A DNA stretch of 50,349 bases from Cyanophyceae cyanobacterium (GCA_050331735.1 JBHJGN010000005.1:1-50349); one strand, 5' to 3'. Counted from the stretch's first letter, positions 1-10,572 are shown. The notes: generated by a model not told the origin, from the sequence alone. Program-made: numbers and translations.

Positions 1-54
1 TTCAGGTTCAGGATAGATGCGGACTTTCTGAGTGACTCTAATCACACTTACCAT
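1..54 (-). CDS. tnpB: TnpB (IS200/IS605 RNA-guided endonuclease), 5' end only, runs off the window
   Basis: Manual translation of the minus strand gives MVSVIRVTQKVRIYPEPE, with the K-x-R-I-Y-P motif of the TnpB N-terminal HTH. TATAAT at 58-53 suggests GTG at 45 is the real start. It lies just inside an IS left-end hairpin. Confidence 0.7.
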   Translation of the reverse strand, partial: MVSVIRVTQKVRIYPEPE

Positions 55-136
55 TATATACTAAAACGGTAAGTCGTAGCGTCGCTGTCCATCCCCTCCT
101 TACTGCTTTGAAGAAGGGGATTTCCGCGACCTCTTG
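1..136 (-). mobile_element. Left end of an IS200/IS605-family (tnpB-only, IS1341-like) element
   Basis: Minus strand reads TTAA|CAAGAGGTCGCGG-AAAT-CCCCTTCTT...AAGGAGGGG: target tetramer (140-137), guide tetramer AAAT (123-120) at the foot of a subterminal hairpin (119-93), then the tnpB start. Confidence 0.7.
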
Positions 137-174
137 TTAAGGAAGACTATTTTCCACTAACCACTCACTCCAAA

Positions 175-2772
175 TTACACGGGCATCCCCAAAATATCTT
201 CAATCTTGGGCATTTCTTCTAGGGGAATCACGCGTCCCTCATCTTCAAATCCGGCAATCTGGTCGAAGTTGAGATAGCGATAGAGATCCTCGGCAAAGGG
301 ATCGAGTTTTTCCTTGACAATGTTCATGTACTCTTCCATCGTTGGAATGTAGCCCAGTAAAGCACAGACTGCCGCCAGTTCCGCCGAACCAAGATATACT
401 CTCGCTCCTTTGCCCATGCGGTTGTTGAAGTTGCGGGTAGAGGTCGAAAACACCGTTGCCCCATCTTCGACTCGCGCTTGGTTCCCCATACACAAGGAGC
501 AACCCGGCATTTCAGTCCGCGCCCCCGCCGCTGCAAATGTGCCGTAAACTCCTTCTTGGCGAAGCTGCTTCTCGTCCATTCGGGTTGGCGGACAGATCCA
601 CAAACGCACTTTCACTGGTCCTGCATCTTCTAACACCTTCGCTGCTGCCCGATAGTGGCCAATGTTGGTCATGCAGGAACCGATGAAGACTTCATCAATT
701 TTGTCTCCGGCACATTCCGACATCAACTTCACGTTGTCAGGATCGTTGGGGGCGGCGACAATCGGTTCTGTAATCTCGTTCAAATTCACTTCAATGGTGT
801 CTGCATACTCGGCATCGGCATCGGCAGACATAAGCTGTGGTGAAGCGAGCCACTGCTCCATCTTAGCGACGCGCCGCATGAGAGTCCGCGCATCCTGATA
901 GCCTCGCGCCACCATGTTTTTGAGCAGAGCAATGTTAGAGTGCAGGTACTCAGACACGGTTTCTGTGCCGAGTTTAATGGTGCAGCCGGAACAGGACCGT
1001 TCTGCCGTGGCATCGGTGAGTTCAAACGCCTGTTCTACTTTGAGATCCGGCAGGCCTTCCATCTCCATAATCCGCCCGGAGAAGACGTTCTGCTTGTTCT
1101 CTGTGGCCACCGTGAGTTTACCTTGCTGCATCGCTACGTAGGGAATTGCGTTGACAATATCTCGTAGCGTTACTCCCGGCTGGAGTTCTCCGGTAAACCT
1201 AACCAGCACCGATTCCGGCATGTCTAGAGGCATCACACCCAACGCGGCGGCAAACGCCACCAACCCAGATCCCGCCGGAAAAGAAATCCCGAGAGGAAAG
1301 CGCGTATGAGAGTCGCCCCCCGTCCCAACGGTATCGGGCAGCAGCATCCGATTTAGCCAAGAGTGAATGATGCCGTCACCAGGGCGCAGAGCCACCCCAC
1401 CACGGGAGGCAAAAAAGTCGGGCAGTTGCTCGTGGGTTTGGACATCGACGGGTTTCGGATAGGCAGCGGTGTGGCAGAAACTCTGCATCACGAGATCCGC
1501 GCTGAAGCCCAAGCAGGCCAGTTCTTTTAGCTCGTCTCTTGTCATCGGTCCCGTGGTATCTTGAGAGCCAACAGTAGTCATAATTGGCTCGCAGGATGTA
1601 CCGGGCAGGACGCCAGGTAAACCACAGGCTTTCCCTACCATCTTCTGTGCCAAGGTAAAACCAATGCCCGTATTCTCGGGCAGAGTCGGACGAGTAAATA
1701 GGGGACTAGGAGAGAACCCCAAAGCTTCGCGGGTTTTATCGGTTAAACTGCGCCCAATCAGCAGGGGAATGCGACCGCCAGCGCGAACTTCATCGAGAAT
1801 TGTTTCGGGTTTGAGGGTAAAAGTAGAAATGACTTCCCCAGCTTCATTGGTAATTTCGCCTTTATACGGATGAATGGTAACTACCATGCCGGTTTCTAGG
1901 GGAGTGACATTACACTCAATCGGCAACGCTCCAGAATCCTCAGCCGTATTAAAGAAAATTGGCGCAATTTTGCCACCGAGGATGTAGCCACCTGCGCGTT
2001 TGTTGGGAATGTAGGGAATATCGTGACCAATCTGCCACAGCAGCGAGTTAATGGCAGATTTCCGCGAAGATCCGGTGCCGACCACATCTCCCACGTAGGC
2101 AACGGGGTGTCCTGTTTGCTTCAGTTCGGCAATGGTTTCTAACGCCCCAGGCATTCGGGACTCTAGCATCGCTAGGGCATGAAGCGGAATATCGGGGCGA
2201 GTCGTAGCGTGGGTTGCCGGAGAGAGGTCGTCAGTATTGGTTTCTCCTGGCACTTTGAATACAGTCACGGTAACTGCTTTGGGTAATTTAGCCCGTCCAA
2301 TAAACCACTCGGCATTGGCCCAAGAATCGATCACCTGTTTGGCGTAGGGATTGGTTTCTGAAAGCGTGAGAACATCATTAAAGGCATCAAATACCAGCAG
2401 CGTTCTACTGAGGGCAGCGGCAGCTTCAGCAGCGATGCTGTCGTCTCTAGATTTAAGAAGTGCCACCAAAGACTGAACGTTATAGCCTCCTACCATTGTT
2501 CCCAACAGATCGACAGCCCCTTGAGGAGAAATCAGCGGACAGTCTACTTCTCCCTTGGCAACAGCGGTTAAAAAGCTGGCTTTGACGTAGGCTGCTTCAT
2601 CGACCCCCGGTGGGACGCGATCGCGCAGCATCATCAGTAATGCTTCTTTCTCTTCCTGGGGAGGATTTTTCAATAACTCGCACAGTTGCGACGTTTGCTG
2701 GGCAGTCAGGGGAAGAGGCGGAATCCCCCTCGCTTCTCTTTGGGCAGCCTGTTGACGATATTCTGTGAGCAT
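175..2772 (-). CDS. acnB: Aconitate hydratase B (aconitase 2)
   Basis: GETNTDDLSP, GSSRKSA, QDTTGPMT, QSFCHT and IGSCMTN / PGCSLCMGN Fe-S ligand motifs. ATG at 2772 is preceded by AAGGAG, so it is preferred over the TTG at 2784. Confidence 0.97.
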   Translation of the reverse strand: MLTEYRQQAAQREARGIPPLPLTAQQTSQLCELLKNPPQEEKEALLMMLRDRVPPGVDEAAYVKASFLTAVAKGEVDCPLISPQGAVDLLGTMVGGYNVQSLVALLKSRDDSIAAEAAAALSRTLLVFDAFNDVLTLSETNPYAKQVIDSWANAEWFIGRAKLPKAVTVTVFKVPGETNTDDLSPATHATTRPDIPLHALAMLESRMPGALETIAELKQTGHPVAYVGDVVGTGSSRKSAINSLLWQIGHDIPYIPNKRAGGYILGGKIAPIFFNTAEDSGALPIECNVTPLETGMVVTIHPYKGEITNEAGEVISTFTLKPETILDEVRAGGRIPLLIGRSLTDKTREALGFSPSPLFTRPTLPENTGIGFTLAQKMVGKACGLPGVLPGTSCEPIMTTVGSQDTTGPMTRDELKELACLGFSADLVMQSFCHTAAYPKPVDVQTHEQLPDFFASRGGVALRPGDGIIHSWLNRMLLPDTVGTGGDSHTRFPLGISFPAGSGLVAFAAALGVMPLDMPESVLVRFTGELQPGVTLRDIVNAIPYVAMQQGKLTVATENKQNVFSGRIMEMEGLPDLKVEQAFELTDATAERSCSGCTIKLGTETVSEYLHSNIALLKNMVARGYQDARTLMRRVAKMEQWLASPQLMSADADAEYADTIEVNLNEITEPIVAAPNDPDNVKLMSECAGDKIDEVFIGSCMTNIGHYRAAAKVLEDAGPVKVRLWICPPTRMDEKQLRQEGVYGTFAAAGARTEMPGCSLCMGNQARVEDGATVFSTSTRNFNNRMGKGARVYLGSAELAAVCALLGYIPTMEEYMNIVKEKLDPFAEDLYRYLNFDQIAGFEDEGRVIPLEEMPKIEDILGMPV

Positions 2773-3052
2773 GTTCTCCTTCAAGACAGTTGAGCTGTTT
2801 TCTGCAAAGATACAGAAATTATAGAAATACTAAAGATTTAGTTTCAGTATAAATCAGCTCTGATTGAGTTCTCATCTAGGCAGAGAAGACAATCGCTCTG
2901 TTCCCTTTCCCCCTTACCTAAGTTCGGTTTAAGATGATGGGAGTCGCTGGCGGGAACATTTTGGTCTCCGTCAAGAGGGACGACCATCAGCTTGAGGCGA
3001 TTGAGCAGAGCTTGCTTATCCGTTGTTGAGCTCAACCCAAGAGGAACTGGGT

Positions 3053-3544
3053 CTAGGTTGTATGTTGTTTTCCAACTGGCTTAACCTTGTCAGGAGCTGG
3101 ATCTGTGGGCCCAATATAGCATACCGGATAGGAGTGCCTCGCCTGTTGCTGGTCAGCTTGATGAGGATATTGCGCTTGCTTAACGCAGTTGCTGGCAGAA
3201 CCTTGGGGATTATAGTCAGGGCAGTATTTCGCCTCTTCTTGCAGCACCTTTGTTGGCTGTACAGCGCAATACAGATAGGCCTGATTGTGAAAATAGCGAC
3301 AGTTGCCGCAGGGCAGTCTCTGAGCACGTTTACGCCGAGTAACTTGCTGGCGAACCGTGATTAAATGGCTAGCCCAAGCAACTAAACTTATGCCAATGGC
3401 GATCAAAAAAGGAATAAACATCACTAAATCGCCCTGGGCAGATAGCGAGAATGGCTGCTTCACTGGCGTTGTTTCTCCGATATCGGATTGAACAACAGCT
3501 CTTCTAGCAACTAAATATCGAGAAAAACTGGAATACGGTTTCAT
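3053..3544 (-). CDS. Cyanobacterial single-TM protein with a Cys4 motif (DUF6464-like)
   Basis: Hydrophobic helix followed by PCGNCRYF...LYCAVQP...YCPDY. The start is uncertain. Confidence 0.65.
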   Translation of the reverse strand: MKPYSSFSRYLVARRAVVQSDIGETTPVKQPFSLSAQGDLVMFIPFLIAIGISLVAWASHLITVRQQVTRRKRAQRLPCGNCRYFHNQAYLYCAVQPTKVLQEEAKYCPDYNPQGSASNCVKQAQYPHQADQQQARHSYPVCYIGPTDPAPDKVKPVGKQHTT

Positions 3545-4264
3545 CTTTCCTATGCTCTTGGGGATATTTAGGTCTAATCTAGGTAGTCAAGCTACTAAGG
3601 GTTGAGCGGGGCAAAGAGGAAGGGTTAGATAATTGCTGTCCCTTTCAATCGTGTCCTCACCCTTTCAACTGATGTAGCAGCTAAGAAGTTGTTCTGAGGA
3701 GGAGTGCATGGATAGTAATTTTTTTCTCTCTACTCAGACGACGGGATATCTAGCTTGAGCATAGACAATAAATTTGAGAATCTTGTGAGTAAACGACAAG
3801 GTGTCGTTAATGCCAACTGGGGTTTTAAAAGCTGATTAAGAGCGATCGCCTAACAATTTTGAGTGACTTTAGCCGAGAGCTGAAAACCCATTGGTTGGGG
3901 ACTGCTAGCCCAACACCGCTGCAAAATTGGGCACCCTCACAAGTTCCTCAAAATGTTTGTTTACCCTATAGAAGCGCTTGAAAAAGCGGACAACTGCAAA
4001 TCTAGGTGCAGCGTGAAGCAACAAGCAGCGTTGGCGAACCAGTACAGCTCAGATTTCGGTAGTATGCTTGACTGCTAAGACGCCAAATAAACATTCGATT
4101 ACTTGCTCATGGTTTCTTGGTTAATCCCTCATAAAGAGGCAAATGACCGAGTTTAAAAATAGTTGCAAATCCTAAAGATTTATACAGCTTTTTAAGACAA
4201 ATAGTTCGGCTATGCTGAGTTTTTACTAGGATCAAGTAAAGAGAGTTTAATGGAGAAATGCCTT

Positions 4265-4417
4265 ATGAAACCGATGATTTGGCATCCCGAGGAAAAGGAT
4301 GAAAAAGTTAACCAGTACCTCGACTCCTTCAATCATGAGCCTTGGATAGCAATATATGCTGTGCTTTTGTCAATTGTCTGCCTTTTCACTGTGTTGGCTT
4401 TAGTAACTGTCTTGTGA
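4265..4417 (+). CDS. Putative 50-aa small membrane protein (not in the ORF track)
   Basis: MKPMIWHPEEKDEKVNQYLDSFNHEPWIAIYAVLLSIVCLFTVLALVTVL; GGAG at 4252-4255 upstream; C-terminal TM helix. Alternative ATG at 4250. Confidence 0.55.
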   Translation: MKPMIWHPEEKDEKVNQYLDSFNHEPWIAIYAVLLSIVCLFTVLALVTVL

Positions 4418-4590
4418 AGCTCGTAAAGAACCTAGGGCAAAAACGCTAGTTTTCTTTTGTTTTGAAGTAAAGTGGAACGATCTGCTTAACTTTTCTCGAA
4501 TAAGACTAATAGAAAATAGTCTTTAACTTGGCCCAAAAAGCAAGCACTAACAATTATTTAAACCATCAATCTAGGAGGAAAGAAAATCTG

Positions 4591-4890
4591 ATGAAAGACT
4601 CAAACCCTCCTCGTCAATTTGTTCGTCATCCCAATCCGCTTCCCGATCCGTGGGAGACTCCCCCAACCGACCAAACGGTGATCGCGGCTGAGCGGTCTTG
4701 GCCGTCTTCTGCTAAGGGCAAGGAAAACTTAGTTTCTCTAAAGCTCTTGCCAGCGCATCGGGCGATCGCTCAAGACCTGCTAGCGGACGAGCTGAAACTC
4801 ACTGGGTGGAGTAGCACTCTTCAAGCCTCGCTAGACAAAGCCCTCGCTTTGCTCTACTGGCTGGAGTGGAAACAAAGCGCTGCGGACTGA
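4591..4890 (+). CDS. Hypothetical protein upstream of ftsH
   Basis: AGGAGG upstream of the ATG at 4591; co-oriented with ftsH. Confidence 0.55.
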   Translation: MKDSNPPRQFVRHPNPLPDPWETPPTDQTVIAAERSWPSSAKGKENLVSLKLLPAHRAIAQDLLADELKLTGWSSTLQASLDKALALLYWLEWKQSAAD

Positions 4891-4963
4891 GGCGAACAGC
4901 GCTCGTCACGCTCCAGTCCTCGGTCTTAGTGGTGCTTGTCATTAACTAGGGAGCTAGCAAAAC

Positions 4964-6955
4964 ATGCCCATTGAAACTCCTCGCGATCGCCAAAACAACA
5001 TCCCACCAGGGCGGATGAGCCGATTACTCTATGTGTGGCTCTTGCTACTGCTGCTCAATCTGCTTCTGTGGCAAGAACCACGCCATCCCCACGTCCCCTA
5101 CAGCACGTTCATCGATCAGGTTGAAGCCGGAAACGTGGAGCGGGCGCTAGTGGGAACTGACGAAATTCAGTACGAGCTGAAATCAGAGACGGCAGAAGAG
5201 ACAGCCGAGGACATTCTGGTAACCACGCCTGTGGCAGTCGATCTCGAGCTCCCTAAAATTCTCCGCCAGCACGATGTTGAATTTTCGGCGATACCGCCCA
5301 GCCGCTTTGGCTGGTTGACCACCATTTTAAGCTGGGTGGTGCCGCCGCTGTTCTTTGTAGCCATTTGGCTTTGGGTGATGAATCGATCTCAAGGCGGCTC
5401 GGCAGCTCTCGCTCTGGGCAGAAGCAAAGCTCGGATCTATTCAGAAGGCTCTACCGGAGTGACTTTTAAGGATGTGGCGGGGGTAGACGAAGCCAAAGAA
5501 GAGTTGGTAGAGATCGTTGACTTTCTCAAACATGCGAGTAAATATACCGGGTTGGGAGCCAAAATCCCCAAAGGAGTTCTGTTGGTGGGACCGCCGGGGA
5601 CCGGGAAGACCCTTCTCGCCAGGGCCATTGCCGGAGAAGCGGCTGTGCCTTTTTTTAGCATTTCTGGTTCTGAATTCATTGAGTTATTTGTCGGCATCGG
5701 AGCCTCGCGGGTCCGCGACCTGTTTGAGCAGGCTAAACAAGAGGCTCCCTGCCTGGTTTTTATCGACGAATTAGATGCCCTTGGCAAATCGAGGGCGAAC
5801 GCGGGGCCGCTTTTAGGGGCGAACGACGAACGGGAGCAAACCCTCAACCAGTTGCTCTCGGAACTCGACGGCTTTGAACCCAATACCGGCGTGATTCTCC
5901 TGGCGGCGACTAATCGACCAGAAGTTCTCGACCCGGCCTTGCTGCGTCCGGGACGCTTCGACCGTCGCGTGGTTGTCGATCGCCCCGACCGAGAAGGTCG
6001 CCAAGCCATTTTGGATGTTCACGCTAGAAGTGTCAAACTGGCGGCAGATATCGATTTGGGCAAGCTCGCTGCCCGCACTCCCGGCTTTGCGGGGGCTGAT
6101 TTAGCCAATTTAGTCAATGAAGCTGCTCTGCTAGCAGCTCGGAAGAATCGAACTACCGTAACAATGGCAGACTTTAACGAGGCCATCGAGCGGTTAGTGA
6201 CAGGACTCGAGAAAAAGTCTCGCGTCCTCAACGAAATCGAGAAAAAGACAGTGGCCTATCACGAAGGGGGCCATGCTCTGCTGGGAACTCTGATGCCGGG
6301 AGCGGGCACGGTGGAAAAAATTTCGGTGGTGCCTCGCGGCATTGGAGCTCTGGGATATACTCTCCAGCTTCCGGAAGAAGATCGCTTTTTGATGAGAGAA
6401 GACGAACTGCGCGGTCGTCTGGTGACGCTTTTAGGAGGAAGGGCTGCCGAAGAAATCGTCTTTGGTCAAGTCTCGACGGGAGCGAGCGACGATATTCAAA
6501 AAGTAACGGATCTCGCCGAACGAGCGGTGACGGTTTACGGCATGAGCGCTAAACTGGGTCCGATCGCCTACGATAAGCCTCAGCAGCAGTTTATTCAAGG
6601 ATGGCAGAGTCCTCGCCGCGTCGTCAGCTCCCAGGTCGCAGAGGCCATCGACCGCGAGGTACAGGAGATTGTGGATGGCGCTCATGCGATCGCGCTGCTC
6701 ACCTTAAATCAGAATCGGGAGCTGCTGGCAGAAATTGCCACAGCCTTACTCGACCAGGAGGTTTTAGAGGGAGAGCAGTTGCGCTCTTACCTGAAGCGGG
6801 TTCAGACTCCTGAAGTGATGGAAGACTGGCTGCGGACAGGCCGGCTTGCTCTAAAATCGCGATCATCAACGGCGCTCAATGGAGGACAAGAAACCCTGCT
6901 CGTTTCGTCGTCCGGGCTGGAAGTTGAACGAGAAGACCAAAAAGCATCTGACTAA
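4964..6955 (+). CDS. ftsH: ATP-dependent zinc metalloprotease FtsH
   Basis: Two TM helices, Walker A GPPGTGKT, Walker [26 protein letters not shown] zinc motif. Confidence 0.97.
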   Translation: MPIETPRDRQNNIPPGRMSRLLYVWLLLLLLNLLLWQEPRHPHVPYSTFIDQVEAGNVERALVGTDEIQYELKSETAEETAEDILVTTPVAVDLELPKILRQHDVEFSAIPPSRFGWLTTILSWVVPPLFFVAIWLWVMNRSQGGSAALALGRSKARIYSEGSTGVTFKDVAGVDEAKEELVEIVDFLKHASKYTGLGAKIPKGVLLVGPPGTGKTLLARAIAGEAAVPFFSISGSEFIELFVGIGASRVRDLFEQAKQEAPCLVFIDELDALGKSRANAGPLLGANDEREQTLNQLLSELDGFEPNTGVILLAATNRPEVLDPALLRPGRFDRRVVVDRPDREGRQAILDVHARSVKLAADIDLGKLAARTPGFAGADLANLVNEAALLAARKNRTTVTMADFNEAIERLVTGLEKKSRVLNEIEKKTVAYHEGGHALLGTLMPGAGTVEKISVVPRGIGALGYTLQLPEEDRFLMREDELRGRLVTLLGGRAAEEIVFGQVSTGASDDIQKVTDLAERAVTVYGMSAKLGPIAYDKPQQQFIQGWQSPRRVVSSQVAEAIDREVQEIVDGAHAIALLTLNQNRELLAEIATALLDQEVLEGEQLRSYLKRVQTPEVMEDWLRTGRLALKSRSSTALNGGQETLLVSSSGLEVEREDQKASD

Positions 6956-7015
6956 CAAAAACAACGGTGGTCGAGCGCAGCTAGTTTCCGTGAGAACCTG
7001 ACGCTTAACGAATGC

Positions 7016-7066
7016 TGGTTGAACCAAGAATCCCTCATCTCAGCCGCAGGCAGGGAGGGAAGTGTC
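7016..7066 (+). mobile_element. Degenerate IS200/IS605 right-end (omegaRNA 3' scaffold) remnant
   Basis: TTGAACCAA-GAAT-CCCTC...GAGGGA-AGTGTC resembles GAAT-hairpin-TGTCAA right ends, but the terminal AA is missing and no tnpB is adjacent. Confidence 0.45.
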
Positions 7067-7142
7067 CCGGCTTCCGCGAACCTTTCTTGGTGATAAACGA
7101 TTAATCTAGAGGTAGTCATTTTTGAAGCGCTAGTTGACTGCC

Positions 7143-9368
7143 ATGACGAAACCGCAAACCCAGCTTAGCCGAATTGTTACTCAGGCGGTACAGACGGTGC
7201 AAGCAAAACTGAACTTTGATGCTGTGACTCTCAAAGAAGGCGCCAAAGTTCCAGAACTGCGGCTCAAAGATGCTCAGGCAACGGAAGCTAAAAGCTACCC
7301 GCTTTTAGGCGATCGCTATCTCATCGGACGGAGTTCGAGATCCTGCGATATTGTGGTTCGTAACCCCATTGTCAGTCAAATTCACTGTTCGGTACGGCGG
7401 GAAAATCAATCGCGCTTTGTGCTCAAAGACGAAAATTCGACCAACGGGGTTTTCTTGGGCAAACGTCGCCTCGAAACGTTCCCCCTGCGTCATGGAGATA
7501 CCATTACCCTCGGACCACCGGATTTAGCCGCAGCGGTGCAGATGGAATACCATAATCCGCCGCCTCGCTGGGTTATGGGAATTCGCTATGCTCTCTACGG
7601 CAGTGGCGGTCTTCTGGGGCTGTTGATGCTGCTGATTGGCATAGAATGGTTCAAAACTCCGGTACGTCCCCTGCCAGTGGGTGAAACTGGACCTGTCGTT
7701 GTTTATCCCCGCGATAGCCGAACGCCGCTCAATCCGCTCAATGACGAACCGCACCGAGAACTGAAACGGCTTTCTGAGTTTTCTGACTATTTACCAAAAG
7801 CGGCGATCGCCTCTGAAGATAGTCGTTACTACTGGCACTTCGGCTTCGATCCCATCGGCATTCTCCGCGCTGTGGTGGTGAACGTGTTGGGGCGGGAAGT
7901 TCGCGAAGGCGGCAGCACCATTACGCAGCAGTTGGCCCGCAGTATTTTCCCGGAAGTTGGACGAGAAAACACTCTAGGACGTAAGCTGCGAGAAATTGCG
8001 GTTGCTACAAAGCTAGAAGCCGTCTACAGCAAAGATACGCTGCTAACAACCTACCTAAACCGCGTTTATTTAGGAGTTGGTAACTATGGCTTTGAAGATG
8101 CGGCTCAATTCTATTTCGAGAAATCCGCCGCTGACCTCACGCTGTCTGAAGCGGCGACGCTGGTGGCGATTTTACCGGCTCCCAATAGCTATAATCCGGT
8201 TCAGAACTATGACACTGCGCTTAAGCTGCGCAACCGCGTGATCAATCGGATGGTGCAGTTAGGGATGGTGTCGGAGGCCGAAGCCGCTCGGGCAAGGCGA
8301 TCGCGCATCGAAGTAAGTCCAAAAGCGCAACAAACGTTTGCAGAGGCGATCGCCCCTTACTTTTACACCTACGTGTTAACGGAACTGCAAGAGCTATTGG
8401 GGCAAGACTTAGCTAAAGAAGGCAATTTTGTCGTCGAAACTAGCCTAGATTTAGCGATGCAGGAGCAGGCCGAAACCTCCCTGCGACAGACGGTAGCCGA
8501 CAGTGGCGATCGCTTTGGGTTTTCCCAGGGAGCGCTCGTGACCCTGACTCAAACAGGAGAAATTCGCGCCCTCGTCGGTGGAGTAGACTATGCTCAAAGT
8601 CAGTTTAATCGAGCAACCCAGGCACAGCGACAGCCCGGATCGACTTTTAAAGTGTTTGCCTATGCAGCCGCCTTAGAGCAAGGCATTCCTCCGGGGAAAG
8701 CCTATTCCTGTGCTGCCTTTAGCTGGGGTGGGAGAAGCTATCGTCCCTGTGAACGCAGCGGCGGTAATATTGATATGTACACCGGGTTAGCTCAATCTGA
8801 AAACGTGGTGGCGCTGCGGGTTGCTCAAGAGGCAGGCCTGAATCAGGTGGTGAAGACAGCTCGTCGCTTCGGCATTGATTCTCAGCTAGATGCGGTTCCT
8901 GGCGTTGTCATTGGGCAAAACGAGGTCAATGTTCTGGAAATGACGGGGGCTTATACGGCTTTTGCTAACAACGGGGTATGGCAGCGTCCCCACGCCATTA
9001 CGAAAATTTTTGACAGCAGTGACTGTACCAACTACGACGATCTGCAAACCTGTCGCGTGATTTATACCTACGAAGCCGATGCGAATCCAGAGCAGGTTAT
9101 TGCTCCTACCGTTGCCCAAACGATGAACCGCATGTTGCGCACCGCCGTCCAGAGTGGAACAGGCAGGAGAGCCTATCTCGGGCTCGAAGAAGCCGGAAAA
9201 ACCGGAACCACTGATAAAGCCATTGATTTGTGGTTTATTGGCTATCTTCCTGAGGTGCAACTCGTCACTGGAATCTGGCTAGGCAATGACGATAATTCTC
9301 CGACGCAAGGCAGCAGCAGTCAAGCCGCTGCCCTCTGGGGGAGCTACATGGAAAAAATAGCTAATTAA
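7143..9368 (+). CDS. Class A penicillin-binding protein (PBP1A family) with N-terminal FHA domain
   Basis: FHA motifs IGRS, SQIH, STNG; TM helix; transglycosylase EDSRY, GGSTITQQL; transpeptidase STFK, SEN, KTG. Confidence 0.93.
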   Translation: MTKPQTQLSRIVTQAVQTVQAKLNFDAVTLKEGAKVPELRLKDAQATEAKSYPLLGDRYLIGRSSRSCDIVVRNPIVSQIHCSVRRENQSRFVLKDENSTNGVFLGKRRLETFPLRHGDTITLGPPDLAAAVQMEYHNPPPRWVMGIRYALYGSGGLLGLLMLLIGIEWFKTPVRPLPVGETGPVVVYPRDSRTPLNPLNDEPHRELKRLSEFSDYLPKAAIASEDSRYYWHFGFDPIGILRAVVVNVLGREVREGGSTITQQLARSIFPEVGRENTLGRKLREIAVATKLEAVYSKDTLLTTYLNRVYLGVGNYGFEDAAQFYFEKSAADLTLSEAATLVAILPAPNSYNPVQNYDTALKLRNRVINRMVQLGMVSEAEAARARRSRIEVSPKAQQTFAEAIAPYFYTYVLTELQELLGQDLAKEGNFVVETSLDLAMQEQAETSLRQTVADSGDRFGFSQGALVTLTQTGEIRALVGGVDYAQSQFNRATQAQRQPGSTFKVFAYAAALEQGIPPGKAYSCAAFSWGGRSYRPCERSGGNIDMYTGLAQSENVVALRVAQEAGLNQVVKTARRFGIDSQLDAVPGVVIGQNEVNVLEMTGAYTAFANNGVWQRPHAITKIFDSSDCTNYDDLQTCRVIYTYEADANPEQVIAPTVAQTMNRMLRTAVQSGTGRRAYLGLEEAGKTGTTDKAIDLWFIGYLPEVQLVTGIWLGNDDNSPTQGSSSQAAALWGSYMEKIAN

Positions 9369-9454
9369 GGGCCTGTAACGGGGAAAAAGTACTGTTCTTC
9401 CTTCCCCCTTTCCCCCGCGCCTACAGCGCTAACGAATACCTATGTACTTTAAAG

Positions 9455-10147
9455 ATGTCTCCTCGTTCTACCTTTGTGGCCGGTGTTAAGGCGATCGCGC
9501 CTTTTCTCCTCGGCGTAGTGCCATTTGGCACGATCTCTGGAGTGGCAGCCGTTAGCGTCGGCTTACCCGCCGATATTTCAATCGCAATGTCGTTCCTCAT
9601 CTTTGCTGGCGCATCTCAATTAGCAGCCGTACAGCTTATGACTGAAAATGCTCCCGCTTTAGTCATCATCTTGACGGCTTTGGTGATTAACCTCCGCTTC
9701 GTGATGTACAGTGCTTCCATTGCGCCTCATTTGCAGCAGGCAGGTCAATGGAAAGGAGTCTTGGCTTACCTGCTGACCGATCAGGCGTATGCTGTTGCCA
9801 TTACTCACTTTCAGAAAGACAGCAACAGTAATCATCAACCCTGGTATTATCTAGGTGCCGCCTTAATGGTGGCAGCTACCTGGCACTTATCGACGGCAGT
9901 AGGCGTTTTTTTGGGAACGCAAGTTCCGCAAAGTTGGTCACTGGATTTTGCCATTCCGTTAACCTTCATGTCGCTAGCGATCGCCGCCATGAAAAATCGT
10001 GCTGCCGTTGCCGCTGCTATCGTTGCCGCCCTGTCAGCACTGCTCACCGTTAGATTACCGTACAATCTAGGTCTACTCGTTGCTGCTGTAATCGGTATCT
10101 TAGTAGGTTTACTCTTTGAAGCCAAGCAATCGCGCGATCTTCCCTAG
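9455..10147 (+). CDS. azlC: AzlC-family branched-chain amino acid exporter permease
   Basis: FAGASQ, INLRF, LLTDQAYA motifs; multiple TM helices. Confidence 0.9.
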   Translation: MSPRSTFVAGVKAIAPFLLGVVPFGTISGVAAVSVGLPADISIAMSFLIFAGASQLAAVQLMTENAPALVIILTALVINLRFVMYSASIAPHLQQAGQWKGVLAYLLTDQAYAVAITHFQKDSNSNHQPWYYLGAALMVAATWHLSTAVGVFLGTQVPQSWSLDFAIPLTFMSLAIAAMKNRAAVAAAIVAALSALLTVRLPYNLGLLVAAVIGILVGLLFEAKQSRDLP

Positions 10148-10227
10148 CGTTTTTTAAAAGAGCAAAGAATACCTTGTCATCATCCAAAAGCAATGAACAA
10201 TCAGCAATCAGCAAAAACTTAGACTTG

Positions 10228-10572
10228 ATGATTATTTCCAATTCAGTTAGGAGCGGCTACAGTATTTGGCTCATTACTATCGCTATTGGTATTATTACCT
10301 TTCTGCTGCGCTTTTCTTTTATTTATCTGTTTGGCAGAATGCAGATGCCGCTAATCGTACAGCGAGCTTTACGTTTCGTTCCGGTGACGGTGCTTCCGGC
10401 ACTGATTTCACCTCAGTTTTTTTATCAGGAAGATACTCTTGATATTTCTTTGGGTAACGAACGACTCCTCGCTGGTTTAATTGCGGCTTTCGCCGCGTGG
10501 CGCACTCAGAATGTGCCGCTGACAATTGGCATCGGTATGACAGCCCTGTGGATTTTGCAGGCAATGAGCTAG
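10228..10572 (+). CDS. azlD: AzlD-family membrane protein
   Basis: ITFLLRFSF, ALRFVP, AWRTQN motifs; follows azlC. The start is uncertain (track uses TTG 10174). Confidence 0.85.
   Translation: MIISNSVRSGYSIWLITIAIGIITFLLRFSFIYLFGRMQMPLIVQRALRFVPVTVLPALISPQFFYQEDTLDISLGNERLLAGLIAAFAAWRTQNVPLTIGIGMTALWILQAMS

Noticed and set aside
91..121. Hairpin read as the acnB intrinsic terminator
   Set aside because: No U tract on the minus strand; it fits better as an IS left-end hairpin with guide and target tetramers.
3016..3364. ORFs 3016-3327 (-) and 3023-3364 (+)
   Set aside because: They overlap the better-supported Cys-motif ORF and show no recognisable motifs.
5437..6009. 190-aa antisense ORF, and similar shadow ORFs in acnB, PCAT (29152-29898), tpsA and MORN
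   Set aside because: Antisense or off-frame shadows of well-supported genes.
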